64,000 nucleotides of DNA. Origin: Octopus sinensis (lineage: Eukaryota). The notes beneath the pieces are model-generated. The model was not told the origin of the DNA and searched no databases. It was given only the letters and a program-made list of their open reading frames with translations. Position numbers and translations under genes: made by a program. Position 1 is the first letter of the stretch. Every line of letters begins with the position of its first letter. This document shows, in pieces, positions 1-12,497 of the stretch. Location of the stretch: NCBI RefSeq assembly GCF_006345805.1, contig NC_042998.1, positions 147,684,001 to 147,748,000 of the forward strand, read 5' to 3'.

Positions 1-1146
1 ATTGAAATTTTACAAAATTCTTTTTTCAGAATCATAATCTCTGTATTTTTCTACATATCTCACCAAAAAGAATTTCTAAAAAAAAATGAAAAATTGGCAA
101 GAGAATTAAAATTTTGAAATGCCGATTTTTTTGCAGATTCAGAATCTCCACGGTAAAAAAAGTGGGTTTCTGTAGAAAAAAAACACCCCTCTGCCCAGGG
201 CTTTAAGAATGCCATATAAACCCCTCATAATGATATATATATATTTTGGAATTTCCAGGCAATTTTTGCAAATTTGTATTCTACACATGGGACTTGATAC
301 AATTATGCAAAAAAAAAAAAAAACTGTAGGGGTGTGTGATTAAGGTCTATTTACCTGTTATTTTTAGCACACTTCAAAACCACCACAATGACAACAAAAA
401 AAACGAGTAAACAACACGTATTTTATAGTTTTAAGCAGTCAATATGCATTTAATGCTATAAACAGTACATTACAAGTTAAATATTTCTCAAAATAAGAAA
501 CTTACAGCACAAAGTTAAGATTTATCCAAAAACAATATAGCACATTCCAAATTGAATATTTCTAAAAAACAAACATTTCCAATCTTAACTGGATAATGGA
601 GCAAGTCAGAATGTGGAATATATAATAAAATAACAAAGGGTGGTACAGCTATTCTGTCCCAGAAAAATACTTTTTGATATTTTCAGAATATTTTTGTGAA
701 TTTGTGTTTATCTTTGTGGCTTTCATCACTGTTTGCAATTATCTTTAAAAAATTTATTTAATGCATCATATAGATGTAATTTTTAACACTGATTCCGAAT
801 TTGTTATTCATTTATTCCAGAAAAATTTTGCAAAAATGTTACAGGTGTTCAAAATTTGATGATTCTCAGCCAATAAGAGAACAGCGCGTTCACTGTCTCT
901 TCCCCTTATCTTGATTGATCTGTCTTGTGGCTAATGAAAATATTACCCCAATTTTTTTTTCACAGAGGTCTAAGCCCAAAGAGGAATAGCAATGTTTTTA
1001 AGAAAGTACTTAAGCAGATACCAGAAATGCCAACTTAAGAAAAAGTAACTTAATGAAATTTCTAAATGTTAAAAACTATCAAACTATTTTACAATGTCAA
1101 GTAAAAGCTTGTCATCACCTGCAACTGGTGCTTGCACGGCTTGTTT

Positions 1147-1539
1147 CTATATCAATCATAAGGGTACACAAGGCACCTACCTGCTAGAAAGAGGAATTAA
1201 AACCCTCAGTTAAACCACCGATAACACTGAAAAATATGACAATTAATCAACAGTAGTCGGGTGAATGGGTAAAATAATTTTTAACATACCAATATAGCCC
1301 AATGCTATATATTTTGGTATTTGGATATACTCGGATCATGATTTCTGGTTCTGGTGAAAAGCCTTACCTTCATCAACAAGTCTTTCAAATTGAAAAGATT
1401 TTCAACTTGTTACTTTGAACATTCGGCAGATTTTCTGATTTTCTATTGTATTTTTCAGTGTTATTGATGGTTTAAATGAGGATTTTAATTCCTCTTTATA
1501 TGCAGGTAGATGCCTTGTGTGCCCTTATGATTGATATAG
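1147..1539. mobile_element. MITE-like foldback element with ~91-bp terminal inverted repeats
   Basis: 1147-1237 (CTATATCAATCATAAGGG...CACTGAAAAATAT) is the reverse complement, with scattered mismatches, of 1449-1539; ~210-bp non-coding spacer; TA at both ends. Confidence 0.75.
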
Positions 1540-2011
1540 AGTTTAATTCTATAGCTATCTAATGCTATTTTAGGCCTGCAACCACCTATATTATTGTTGT
1601 TGTCATTATCAATTATTTATATTACTGCAGATAATAATAACAATAATAATATCTATATAAATATTCACTTCTGAATATTTACTCCTTATTACTATAAAAT
1701 ATATATAAATAAAATTTCCAGATTTCTAGAGAATCAAATATTTTTAAAAAGTGAGAGTACCAAAGTCAGGTTGGCCATTATACTTTTGTGTACAAACAAT
1801 GTATATTGAAATGTACATACTCACTACAGTAAACATGAATTTGTTCACCAGTTAGTCATACATTCATAAGTCACTGACTGAATACACAAAATGTCATCAA
1901 GTGCACACATGGGTACGCTCACTGCAGTTATTGTACTACCGTCTATAGACTCCAGAGCCAAACATCTGAAACAGCTGTAGAGAACCACAATCCATCTGTT
2001 GTGTTATATAT

Positions 2012-2305
2012 AAACATCCATGCAGATGATCAAACTGATGCCCGTGGATACTATAAACTACATTATAATCATCCTAGGAATTCAAACTGTGATCTTAAGA
2101 GACCTGTGATTTGTGGAAATGTGCATGTAGCAATGCATTAAATGTTTATAAATTCCATCCAAGGATTATTGTTATTATTATATTTACCCTACATTATATC
2201 AGTACAGCTCGATGCAATCCCAAAATACTGGTTCACCAGTCAGCATCATTAGACTGTGGCCAGCATAATGGAATAGGAGGTTTATTTGCATATTCAAAGT
2301 GTTTC
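2012..2305 (+). repeat. Dispersed repeat, copy A (inverted relative to 5622-5900)
   Basis: Aligns to the reverse complement of 5622-5900 (shared GCCAGCATAATGGAATAGGAGGTTTATTTGCATATTCAAA and GTGATCTTAAGAGACCTGTGATTTGTGGAAATG); no family recognised. Confidence 0.75.
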
Positions 2306-2336
2306 CTGTAAACAAATTTAAAAGATATACATATAT

Positions 2337-2348
2337 ATGCATACACAT

Positions 2349-2389
<41 letters not shown>

Positions 2390-2411
2390 TGTATGTATAT
2401 ATGTATGTATG

Positions 2412-2445
<34 letters not shown>

Positions 2446-2492
2446 TGTATGTATGTATGTATGTATGTATGTGTATGTATACATACACACAC
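2337..2492. repeat. Compound (CA)n/(TATG)n microsatellite
   Basis: Direct reading. Confidence 0.95.
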
Positions 2493-3122
2493 AATGGAAT
2501 TCTTTCAGTGTCTTTCTCCCAACTTCATTCATAAAACTTTGGTGAACCTGGAGCTGTACTACAAGACTCTTGCCCCAGGTACCACACAATGACATGGAAT
2601 ATGGAGTCATAATTGTGCCAACCGACATTCAAAAACTGGTCTTTTGTGCAACAGAAAAAAAAAAGCAAGATAGAAAAGGCCATTTTATTTTAGTATTAGA
2701 ATTCAAATATTTTCTTAATTTTGATTCCCCCAGGTTTCCATACAATTCTGTAATAATTAATTGGCAATCTTAACACTTCACTCTGCAAATAACTTCACCT
2801 AATTTGGCATTTCCTTCCCTAGTGAAGTTTTAAGTTTCTTATAAACTCTTAGGATCATAACAGTTACTCAGTTTTACAGTGTTGGACAATGCCAAGAGTT
2901 TCTCCCTCTTTAAAGAAATTCAAAGAAGTAGACATAAAGACAATCAAGTTTTAGGACAAGGGAATGAAAAAGTAGTGCTTCTTAAGCTTTGCATGCTTTT
3001 CTTGAAAACTATTCTAGTGTTAACCCTTTGCCTGTCAGGAGAATCACATGAGATACACAGGACATATTTCCCTGGTGTCCATGCATCATATAGGATACAC
3101 ATTCCTAATTTTTTTCAGCAAC

Positions 3123-3500
3123 AAGGCATAGCAGTATAGTAAGAAGCTTACTTCCCTACCATATAGTTCCTGGTTCAGTCCCATTGTGTGGCACATACAC
3201 ATACTGGTGCAGGCCTATTTGTGTGGTTAAGAACTTTACTTTCAAAGTGAATAGTTTCAGGTTCAGTTCCATTGCATAGCACCTTGTACAGTAGCTCCAA
3301 GCTGACCATAGCCTTGTGAATGGATTTGGTGAACACATATGTATGTATGCATATATATATGTGTGTGTGTATGTTTGTGCCTCCTACTTTTGACATTACA
3401 TGGTTGTTGTAAATGAGCAAAAGATATCATTCATTTCCAAACTTCTGTGAAAACATCTGGTCATAGAGGAATAAATCTTGCTTGGAAAAAGGTGATGGAT
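3123..3500 (+). mobile_element. tRNA-derived SINE family A (CORE-like), decayed, with two tandem heads
   Basis: Two degenerate copies of the head (...GGTAAGAAGCTT...GGTTCAGTCCCA.TG.GTGGCAC) also seen at 43572 and 56671. Confidence 0.7.
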
Positions 3501-4231
3501 GATAAGGAAGAGCATTTAATTGTAGAAAATCATCCTCAACAAATTCCATCTTATCTGTGCAAGCACAAAAAAGTGGACATTAAAATGATGGCCATGATAA
3601 TGCTGCTGCTGCTGATGATGATGATGACAATGACAACAATGACGATGATAATGATTATGATAAGGAACCATCTGGCTTTAATGGTTAATTATTATATTGT
3701 TTAGTACATGTAAAGTACTAAGGTGGTAAAGGCTGTTTCTGAATTTGCATTTGAAGACTAATCTATCAAGACTAATTGCAAAAGGTAGACATTTTAATTA
3801 GATAAACTTTCTATTAGAGTTCTCCATCTTCTGTGTTAGTTTCATTTGCCATGGATTAGACCAAACCTACTTTGGAAGGCTAAATATGCACCTAAGCAAA
3901 TATAACATATATATGCTTGATTTAAAAGCAGCAGAAAATATAACAAAAGCTGTTACTCAGAGCTTCACGTTTCTGTTCATCGGACAGTTTTGTTAAAATA
4001 GAACCGAAATAATGATATGATCAAAACTAGTTAAAGAATACACCTTTAAAAATGGATTTGTTTCATTGGTCCTTTCAATTAACAGTCTTAAGCATGCAAT
4101 GAACAAAATAAACAAAATAAATGAATTCAATAAAAACTCAACCTATTATAAAAATCGAGGAAAACCTTAAATCAAAGAGCGGATTCAAAATACATACATA
4201 CATACATACATACTACATACATACATATATA

Positions 4232-4283
<52 letters not shown>

Positions 4284-4286
<3 letters not shown>

Positions 4287-5192
4287 GTAATGCTTACAGC
4301 TTAGTTTTTTTCTTGGGGCTGGCCGAGTTGGAGCAAATATCAGAATTGAACAGCCGAAATTTGCTATGATGATTCGGTGTCTGACTGAAGATTGAAGGCT
4401 TCGAATGATTTGTCTGTGTTCCGTGTTCGTCCCTTCTGTATTTCACGTTCATTATATATAAAAACATTCATTCTTATATTATTTATCTGCGGCGTACGTG
4501 CACCCCCCCGTTTGTTTGTCCAATTTTAAACCCTGCACGACTTCTATACACACTGTCTTTTACTATACCCGCCATTGCTTCTTCACCAAACTTTTTGGCG
4601 CCCTCCGATTCTTCCCCTCTCTTCCTCCCCTCTTCCTCCCATCCTCCTTAATCCCTTCTTCTCCTTTTCTCTTGGTCACTGATTCTGTCCCTGCCTTCCA
4701 GCCTCTTTGATTCCCTCTCTCTCTGTCTCTCTTTTCTCTCTCTCCTGCGACCTGCTGCTTCTTAACCCATTCTGTTGGCCTTCGTATCTCGACCAACATG
4801 TGTCCCCGCTACCGAAACGGTAATTATTATTCTACGCCAGCTATGTTGTTGTTGTGTTTTTGTTCTCATTTGGTCTAAAGTCGTATGACAAAACCATCGT
4901 TATATATGTTTTGTTATTCATTACTGTTTTTCATTTCGTTTCGTCCTTGTATTCACATCCGTCTTGTGCTTTCACATTCCTGTCTTCTAGGTTCTACCAA
5001 GAAATCTAATGCTTACAGCTTAGTTTTTTCTGGGGCTGGCCGAGTTGGAGCAAATATCAGAATTGAACAGCCGAAATTTGCTATGATGATTCGTTGTCTG
5101 ACTGAAGTGAAGGCTTCGAATGATTTGTCTGTGTTCCGTGTTCGTCCCTTCCTGTATTTCACGTTCATTATATATAAAAACATTCATTCTTA
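4284..5192. mobile_element. Non-coding element of ~1.26 monomers (722-bp period; ~190-bp direct terminal repeats) in a (TA)n tract; probable non-autonomous PLE derivative
   Basis: 4284-4478 is repeated nearly identically at 5006-5192; (TA)n on both flanks; homologous in the opposite orientation to 11536-12226. Confidence 0.65.
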
Positions 5193-5621
5193 TATATATA
5201 TATATATATATATACTGGAACAAGCACATAAATGTGAAACAAGGTGGTAAAAAGAGTACTGTAATATGTATATAACTATGTACGTGTATCTGTGTATATT
5301 TAGTGTATATATGTGTATTATAAATGGCTTAGTATGTATATATGCTGCTGAAAAAATATTTATTTAATACAGTGTGAAAATTTTAAATTTTAATTTTAAT
5401 GTATTGATTTATATTTTGTATATAATTATTTACCAGATGTATTTAGAATCAGTGCTTCGATTTAAGGTTTTCTTCGATTTTACAACAAGAGGAATTTATA
5501 CTGAATTTATTTTGCTCATTGCATGCTTAAGACCATTAGTTGAAAGGACCAATGAAACAAAGCCATTTTCAAAGGTATATCCTTTAAACTAGTTTTATAT
5601 TTGATTATATCAGCATTTCTG

Positions 5622-5900
5622 GGAACATTTTGAATATGCAAATAAACCTCCTATTCCATTATGCTGGCTATAGTCTAATGATTCTGACTGGTGAACCAGT
5701 TTTAGGGGCTGCATTGAGCTGTACTGATATAATGTAGGATAAATATTACAACAACAATCCTTGGATGGAATTTATAAACATTTAATGCATCACTACACAT
5801 GCATTTCCACAAATCACAGGTCTCTTAAGATCACTGGGATGATTACAGTGTAGTCTATAGTGTCCATGGGCATTGGGTAGATCATCTTCATATTTGTTCA
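5622..5900 (-). repeat. Dispersed repeat, copy B (inverted copy of 2012-2305)
   Basis: Reverse-complement alignment to 2012-2305 with one ~11-nt indel. Confidence 0.75.
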
Positions 5901-6356
5901 GGTGGGACAACATTAATAGATGTTTACCAGAAGGATGTTTATCTCTATTGACCAGCCAGTATAAAGGTCGGTTGTCTTATTACTACACACACATGGTTCA
6001 AAATCGTACAAAAACAAAAACAAAAGACAGAGCCTGAAATATTGTTCAGAGACATGATGCATTTTATAAATAAGCTTATTTACAGTATCATAAAAGCATG
6101 AAACTATTAGTAGCTCTTTTGGTTGTGTATTAAATCATTATAGACATATATATATATAATCTGTATTAAATTAAGAAAAGAAAATGGAGAGTTGTTGGTT
6201 AATATTTATTTATTTATGAATTTAGAATCATTTCATCCTACAACTGTTTCCATTTGTACTCATTAAATAAATTACAAATTTATGCATTAAATTTGCATTT
6301 GTAATTTATGAGCAAAATATCAATATGATTACGTGGTTCATATATCCTCTAATTAA

Positions 6357-6400
<44 letters not shown>

Positions 6401-6403
<3 letters not shown>

Positions 6404-6428
6404 TTGCGGCCAAAATGTTCAGAACAGC
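6401..6428 (+). mobile_element. Solo Tc1-like terminal inverted repeat
   Basis: TA|CAGTTGCGGCCAAAATGTTCAG resembles Tc1-type CAGT-start TIRs; no partner end found. Confidence 0.4.
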
Positions 6429-6649
6429 ATTGTTTTCGTCAGCAAAGTAGATATAATTTTTTATCAAAGTTGTTTTATATTCTATAATTTTCACAGACAA
6501 TAAATACAATATTATTTGTTATTGTCTGAGATTTTGGTGTAATTTGAGAGGATAATACAAAAGTTATAGATGATTTAGTGATTTACAGCAAAACCCATGG
6601 CGGCCAAAATGATCATAACGGTTGCAACCGTTCTGTACATGGTAAGTTC

Positions 6650-7270
6650 CAATAGTAGTTCATGTTTAGTAATTTCTAAGTATGGAGCCATGGATTCTGT
6701 GTTGCTCATTCAAAGGGATTTTGTGGTGTGAATGAAAATTTGAGAATGTATTGGTAGTATTTGTGGATAGATGGGCAGGGGTTAGGAAGATGTATATGAT
6801 TAGAAAGAGGAGATAGGTCAAAATGAAGACAGGAAGAGAATATGAGAGGAAGAAAGAAAGAAAAAAGAAAAAGAAAAAATAGTAATAAAAAGAAGAGAGA
6901 GAAGAAAAAGTGGAAAGAGGAAAAAAGAAAGAAAAGTGAAGAAAGGGCAACAGAAATGAGAAAAGGAGTGTTAGTTGGTGGTCAAGATAATGTGATGGGA
7001 GGATGGGAGAGGAGTGGGGAGGGGTGGATAGGAAGCCGTAAGAAGGGAAGGAGTGAATAAGTTTGAGATATTTGAGTAGGGATGATATGATAGGGCTGTA
7101 TTAAGGTATGGGTAGAGAAAAGGTATGGGTGGAGTAATACCAAAGTGAATAGCAGTTTTAGTAGTAAAATTTAAAGTGAGGGAAGAATACAAGGATGGAA
7201 AATTTCGATAGATGTATGTGATAGGTAGGAATCAGAGAGGAGGAAAGAAGGTATAATGACATATGTACAT
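6650..7270 (-). mobile_element. Non-autonomous repeat, PLE-associated family (internally deleted relative to 38705-39960)
   Basis: Colinear similarity with 38990-39960 except that ~39525-39810 is missing, with GAGGG microhomology at the junction. Confidence 0.7.
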
Positions 7271-7594
7271 GCGCAAATACATACATATACATGTGTGCTC
7301 ATGCATAGGCACACACACACACATACATATATACAAACACATATACACACAAATATACATACATGCGCATGCTCACGCGCATCCATAAATGTATTCATGC
7401 ATGCATATGTGTGTGCATACATATACATGCATATGCATATGTGCTTACACACTGTCACATGCACATGTGAACAAAGTACTTATGTATACATATATGCACA
7501 TACACACACTCATATATATTTCTATATACATATGGATTTACAGACATACACACACATACATATATATGTATATGTATATGTATATATATATATG

Positions 7595-7649
<55 letters not shown>

Positions 7650-7652
<3 letters not shown>

Positions 7653-7830
7653 AAGTTAATCCAAACAAGAAAACACAGAAACGCGAGGACGTGGAACAAT
7701 TAAAGTATTATTTGACGCTCAGGAAAGAAGGGAAGGAGGGTTTAACGTTTCGAGCGGAGCTCTTCGTCGGAAACAAAAGAGAAGGAAAGATCCCGAGAAG
7801 GGAAGACAGAGGAAAAAAATTTTTTTGATG
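7650..7830 (-). mobile_element. Short HHR-bearing PLE pLTR-like repeat (family with 15438 and 21395)
   Basis: Reverse complement matches 21395-21580; abuts (TA)n. Confidence 0.75.
7740..7774 (-). ncRNA. Minimal type I hammerhead ribozyme, U4C variant
   Basis: Minus strand GTTT-CCGACGA-A-GAGC(TCC)GCTC-GAAA-CG-TT-AAAC. Confidence 0.65.
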
Positions 7831-8129
7831 GTGGTGCTCAAGAGATCACACATACCCACATACATATACATACATACATAATACATACATAAAAATACAT
7901 GCGCACACATTTACACACACACATGTATCCGTTTGTTTGTCCATATATGTAGTATTAAATGACTGAGATCCATAAAGTAAAGTTAAAAAATTAAAGATTA
8001 TAAATTAAAAATAAAAAGGGAGATAAAGGAAAGTTAAGTAGGGTTGTTGCCTAGGGGTTGTTGTGGATATATGCTGTGTGGTTATTTAGGTTGCATTTAG
8101 GGCCTAATTATATTTATTTAGTAGTGTCA

Positions 8130-8290
8130 AAGGGTTGTGTTTTATACTTCTATACACCACTTAACTCGAATAATGGAACTGCAACTACAATGTTTTATAT
8201 TTTACTTCTACTTTCATTCTCTTATTTCCCTCCTTTTCCACAATAATTCCTTATTTTGAACTCAAACATTTACCACTATTTAACCATATC
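8130..8290 (+). repeat. Fragment of the 38705-39960 family
   Basis: Shares CTATACACCACTTTA.CTCGAATAATGGAA and TTCCTTATTTTGAACTCAAA with the reverse complement of 38840-38970. Confidence 0.65.
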
Positions 8291-8616
8291 ACATGACAAT
8301 AAATAAGCAAAAATGTTTGTAAAGACATTAAAATAATTATTTTTCATCAAGATTTGATATATTGCTGTAAAAATAGCTGGAAATTGCTGCTTCATCCATT
8401 AATTGGTCAATAGATTCAATCTATTACATGTAGGACATGTATTGTTGTTGTATTTTTACATGCATAAACATGTAATATTCTTATATCTCCAGTAGCATAT
8501 GTTTAAAACCCTTGAAAGCAATGAAAGTATATGCTAGTAATGAAGTTTTAGTGCTGATATATGACTGGATGAGTTTTGTTTTTCATTGGCCATCTAACAG
8601 AGTGTGGTAAATTCAT

Positions 8617-8772
8617 CATGATGGCTGTGTGGTAAAAAGCTTGCTTCCCAACCATATAGTTTTGGGTTCAGTCCCACTGTGTAGCACCTTGGGTAAGTGT
8701 CTTTTACTATAGCCTTGGGCCGACCAAAGCCTTGTTAGTGGACTTGGTAGAAAAAATTGAACGAAGCCTGTC

Positions 8773-8800
<28 letters not shown>
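8617..8800 (+). mobile_element. tRNA-derived SINE family A, 5' half
   Basis: ATGGCTGTGTGGTAAAAAGCTTGCTTCCCAACC...GGGTTCAGTCCCACTGTGTAGCACCTTGGGTAAGTG. Confidence 0.85.
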
Positions 8801-8803
<3 letters not shown>

Positions 8804-8805
<2 letters not shown>

Positions 8806-10038
8806 GACATGCAGGAAGTAAATAGACACCTTTAATTTTCAAAATCTTTTATTTAATATGCAAAGCGAACAATTGAAATGTAATCGATAATTAGGACTAC
8901 ATACTTTAGAATTTAGTTGGCATTCCCTTTGCAGCTTTTAATTCAGAAACTCTTTTTGGCCCAGAACTGATGAGCTTTGTGATTGTCTCTTGTGGAATGT
9001 CTGCCCACTTTTCATGCAACAATCAAAACAATTCATCTTTAGATTTAGGTTTCTGTTGAGTTTTTCACATAGCTCTATCTAGTATGCTCCAAAGGTTTTC
9101 AATTGGATTCATGCTAGGAGATTGGCTCAGCCAAGGGAGCTTTTTGATCCCATTTTCAGTCAGCCATTGTTGATTCTTTTTTGCTGTGTGGCATGGAGCC
9201 CCATCTTCCATGAAAAAAAAAATTTTTTTCATTGTTATCATGTGACTACAACAGAAGTAGTCCTTGCTTAAGTATTTCGGTGTATTTTTCATAGTTTATT
9301 GTTCCAACACATTCAATCAGCTCAGAACGACCATTGCTGGTGACAGCTCCCCATACCATTACAGAGATACCACCATGTTTCACAGTTGGTTGGAGTTGTT
9401 TCAAATCAAATTCTTGATTGGGAAGCCTCCAGACCCAAACACATCCACTGTCTGAAATTAATGCAAATCTGGATTCATCTGAGAAAATCACTCTATCCCA
9501 AAATGAACTGAATTTTTCTGACATCTCCTTAGCCCATTTCTTTCTTTTCATGATATTAATTGGTTGAAAGAGAGATTTTCTTCTAGATGCTCGTCCATAA
9601 TACCCAAGCTTATGCAGATATGTAACACACATTTTTGGACTAACTTCTAGCTGTTTTGCAATGTCAGAAGCCTTCGAATGGGGTTCCTTTTCCACAATTC
9701 TCTTCAAACAACGAAGCTTCCTTTCCGAGGGCCCAGGTCAGCCAGGACGAGAATCTATTGATACTCTTCCTTAGATTTTGAATTGCACTATAATTCTATT
9801 AACAGTAGCAAGAGGAATTTGAAGATTTTCGGCAATTTTTTACTGGCTTTGAAAATCTGACAGTTCTACTGAATTTTTTGTGTGTGGCATGGTTACTCTT
9901 CCCAAATGTTTAATATAATGGCACCTGGAATGAAAAAGAATAAATACATTGTAAATTCTACAACGCCGAAAACATATTAAGATGCTTAGATTAGAAATTT
10001 TGAAAATTAAAGGCGTCTATTTACTTCCTACATGACTG
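8804..10038 (-). mobile_element. Near-full-length Tc1 (DD34E) DNA transposon, decayed
   Basis: ~40-bp TIRs (CAGWCATGYAGGAAGTAAATAGACRCCTTTAATTTTCAA) at 8804 and 10038; transposase motifs on the minus strand. Confidence 0.92.
8900..9890 (-). pseudogene. Tc1 transposase pseudogene (frameshifted, stops)
   Basis: ORFs 9246-9707 (VIFSDESRF, TVKHGG.SVMVWG) and 9065-9292 (DGAPCH...SPSMNPIENLW; 34 residues between D and E). Confidence 0.9.
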
Positions 10039-10070
10039 TGTATGTATATTCATATATATATATATATATA

Positions 10071-10917
10071 TCTTGCTCTAATTGCTGAGTCACTATCAGA
10101 ACTGGAGGAGAAGTTCCAGGTGTGGAAGGAGGGTTTAGAATCGAGGGGCCTTAGAGTCAACCTAGCTAAAACCAAAGTACTAATAAGTAGAAAGGTAGAC
10201 AATCCACAAATGTCTTCAGGAAGATGGCCCTGCTCGATCTGTAGAAAAGGTGTAGGAAGAAACTCTATAAGATGTACCCAGTGTAAGCTATGGACACATA
10301 AGAGGTGCAGCAATGTCAAAGGTAGGCTAACTGGGAAGATAGTTTTTGTATGTGGCAGATGCTCGGGAGCATTGACCTCTGAAAATCTGCAGAAAACAAC
10401 TTCCGTCAATTTCCAGGGGGAAAAACTAGAAGTAGTTGATAGCTTCCGTTATCTAGGTGACCAAGTCAGTAGTGGGGGTGGGTGCGCTGAAAGTGTAACT
10501 GCTAGAATAAGAATAGCCTGGGCAAAGTTTAGGGAGCTCTTACCTCTGCTGGTGACTAAAGGCCTCTCGCTCAGAGTAAAAGTCAGACTGTATGATGCAT
10601 GTGTACGAACAGCCATGCTACATGGCAGTGAAACATGGGCCGTGACTGCTGAGGACATGCATAAGCTCATGAGGAATGAAGCCAGTATGCTCCGATGGAT
10701 GTGTAATGTCAGTGTACTCACTCGACAGAGCGTTAGTACCTTGAGAGAAATGTTGTACTTAAGAAGCATCAGTTGTGGTGTGCAAGAGAGACGATTGCAC
10801 TGGTATGGTCATGTGGCGAGAATGGATGAAGATAGGTGTGTGAGAAAGTGCCAATCCCTAGCAGTTGAGGGAACCCATGGAAGAGGTAGACCCAGGAAAA
10901 CCTTTAGGCCTCACTGA
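10071..10917 (+). CDS. RTE ORF2 C-terminal fragment (RT end, PHD-type C4HC3 finger, thumb)
   Basis: Open frame; CSIC...CTQC...HKRC...CGRC inside the RT thumb region; the ORF-track start lies in the upstream (TA)n and is not real. Confidence 0.85.
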
Positions 10918-11527
10918 GGAAGTGACCAGCGACCGAGACCTTTGGAAATATGCTGTATGTGAGAAGACCAGGCAGGACAAGTGAGCCCAGCCCATTTATG
11001 CATGCCTTTCCTCCCTTGGACACAAAGACCTGTTGAGGCAAGCGAAGTCGATATAGAACCTCATCCGACGACAGGCACCCATGCCAACCCCCTTTGCTTG
11101 CGAAGACATGTTGAGGCAAGCGAAATCGAAATCAAATTGAACCAGCCAGGATCCCTGGTCTGCGAAATCGAAATCGAATTGAACTAGCTAGGATCCCTGG
11201 TCTGGTGGTACGTAAAAAGCACTATCCGACTTGTGGCCGATGCCAGCGCCGCCTCGACTGGCTTCCGTGCCGGTGGCACATAAAATACACCAATCCGACC
11301 GTGGCCGTTGCCAGCCTCGCCTGGCACCTGTGCAGGTGGCACGTAAAAAGCACCCACTACACTCACGGAGTGGTTGGCGTTAGGAAGGGCATCCAGCTGT
11401 AGAAACATTGCCAGATAAGACTGGAGCCTGGTGCAGCCTTCTGGCTTCCCAGATCCCCCGTCGAACCGTCCAACCCATGCTAGCATGGAGAACAGACGTT
11501 AAACGATGATGATGATGATGATGATGA
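10071..11527 (+). mobile_element. 5'-truncated RTE-clade LINE with (GAT)n tail
   Basis: ORF2 C-terminal RT/thumb motifs (LALIAESLSEL, FRYLGDQ, AMLHGSETW, RLHWYGHV), 3'UTR, (GAT)n tail at ~11505-11527. Confidence 0.92.
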
Positions 11528-11535
11528 TATATATA

Positions 11536-12226
11536 AAATAAAATACAAAATGGGACAAGAACGCAAAACATCAGGACAACTAGGTGATACAAAAGGGGAC
11601 AACAAAACAACAAAACATCCAGATAGACGATACAAAAAAACAAGGACGGGTCATTCAAAGTCTTTTATCTTCAGTCAAGAACCAGATTATCCTTGCAATT
11701 TCAGCTGATTTATCTTGAGATTGCTCCAATCTGGCCAGCCCCAAGGAAAAACTAAGCTATGAGCATTAGATTCCTTGGAAAAAAGCAATGAATGTATATG
11801 AAACAAGGATGGAAAAACAGACAATGTTACACGAATATAAATACAAAATACAAAAAAAAAAAACAATAATGATAATAATAACAGGACATAACAACAGGCA
11901 TCTTTTGACAGGGGATGAATTGAATTCAGCTGGCATGTATGGAAATTAAACCTTACAGCAGAAGGAAGAATATCGATGTGGCAGTGACCACAGTCAAATG
12001 CAAAAGGGCTAGCAGTCAACCAACGGTCACATGAGAAGAGAAGAGAGAGAAAAAGAGGATCAAAGGAATTAAGGAAGGGAGAAGAGAGAGAGAGAGTGTA
12101 GAAGTAGATAGATTGAAGAATCAAGGAGTGGCGAGAAAAAAAGAGAGACAGGAACATAGTGAAGTGCAAAGTAAAGGCAAAGAAATGCGAGAGAGAGTGG
12201 GGAGAAAGATTTGAAAAAATGTACAA
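11536..12226. mobile_element. Non-coding PLE-like repeat related to 4284-5192
   Basis: Reverse complement of 11650-11800 matches GAAATCTAATGCT...GCTTAGTTTTT.CT.GGGGCTGGCC...TTGGAGCAA of 4995-5110. Confidence 0.65.
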
Positions 12227-12269
12227 AATTTAATGAAATGTGTACTTATACATAAGAGAACAAAGTGTA

Positions 12270-12485
12270 CATACCTATCTTTGTGTCTGTGTTTGTCTCC
12301 CCCACCCCACCATCACTTGACAACTGATGCTGGTATGTTTGGCATAAGAGACTGATAGACCAAGTACTAACTAGGCTTACAAAGAATAAGTCCTAGGGTT
12401 GATTTTGTTGACTAAAACCCATTAAGGCGGTGCTCTAACATGGCTGCAGTCATGTGACTTAAATAAGTAAAAGAATAAAAGAAAG
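12270..12485 (+). mobile_element. SINE family A, 3' half
   Basis: CCCCCACCATCACTTGACAAC...GGCGGTGCTCTAACATGGCTGCAGTCA...GTAAAAGAATAAAAG tail. Confidence 0.8.
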
Positions 12486-12497
12486 AATTCATTTTAA

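Noticed and set aside
3940-4015. CCGATGA-ACA-GAAACGTG on the minus strand
   Set aside because: No room for stem II and a non-cleavable triplet
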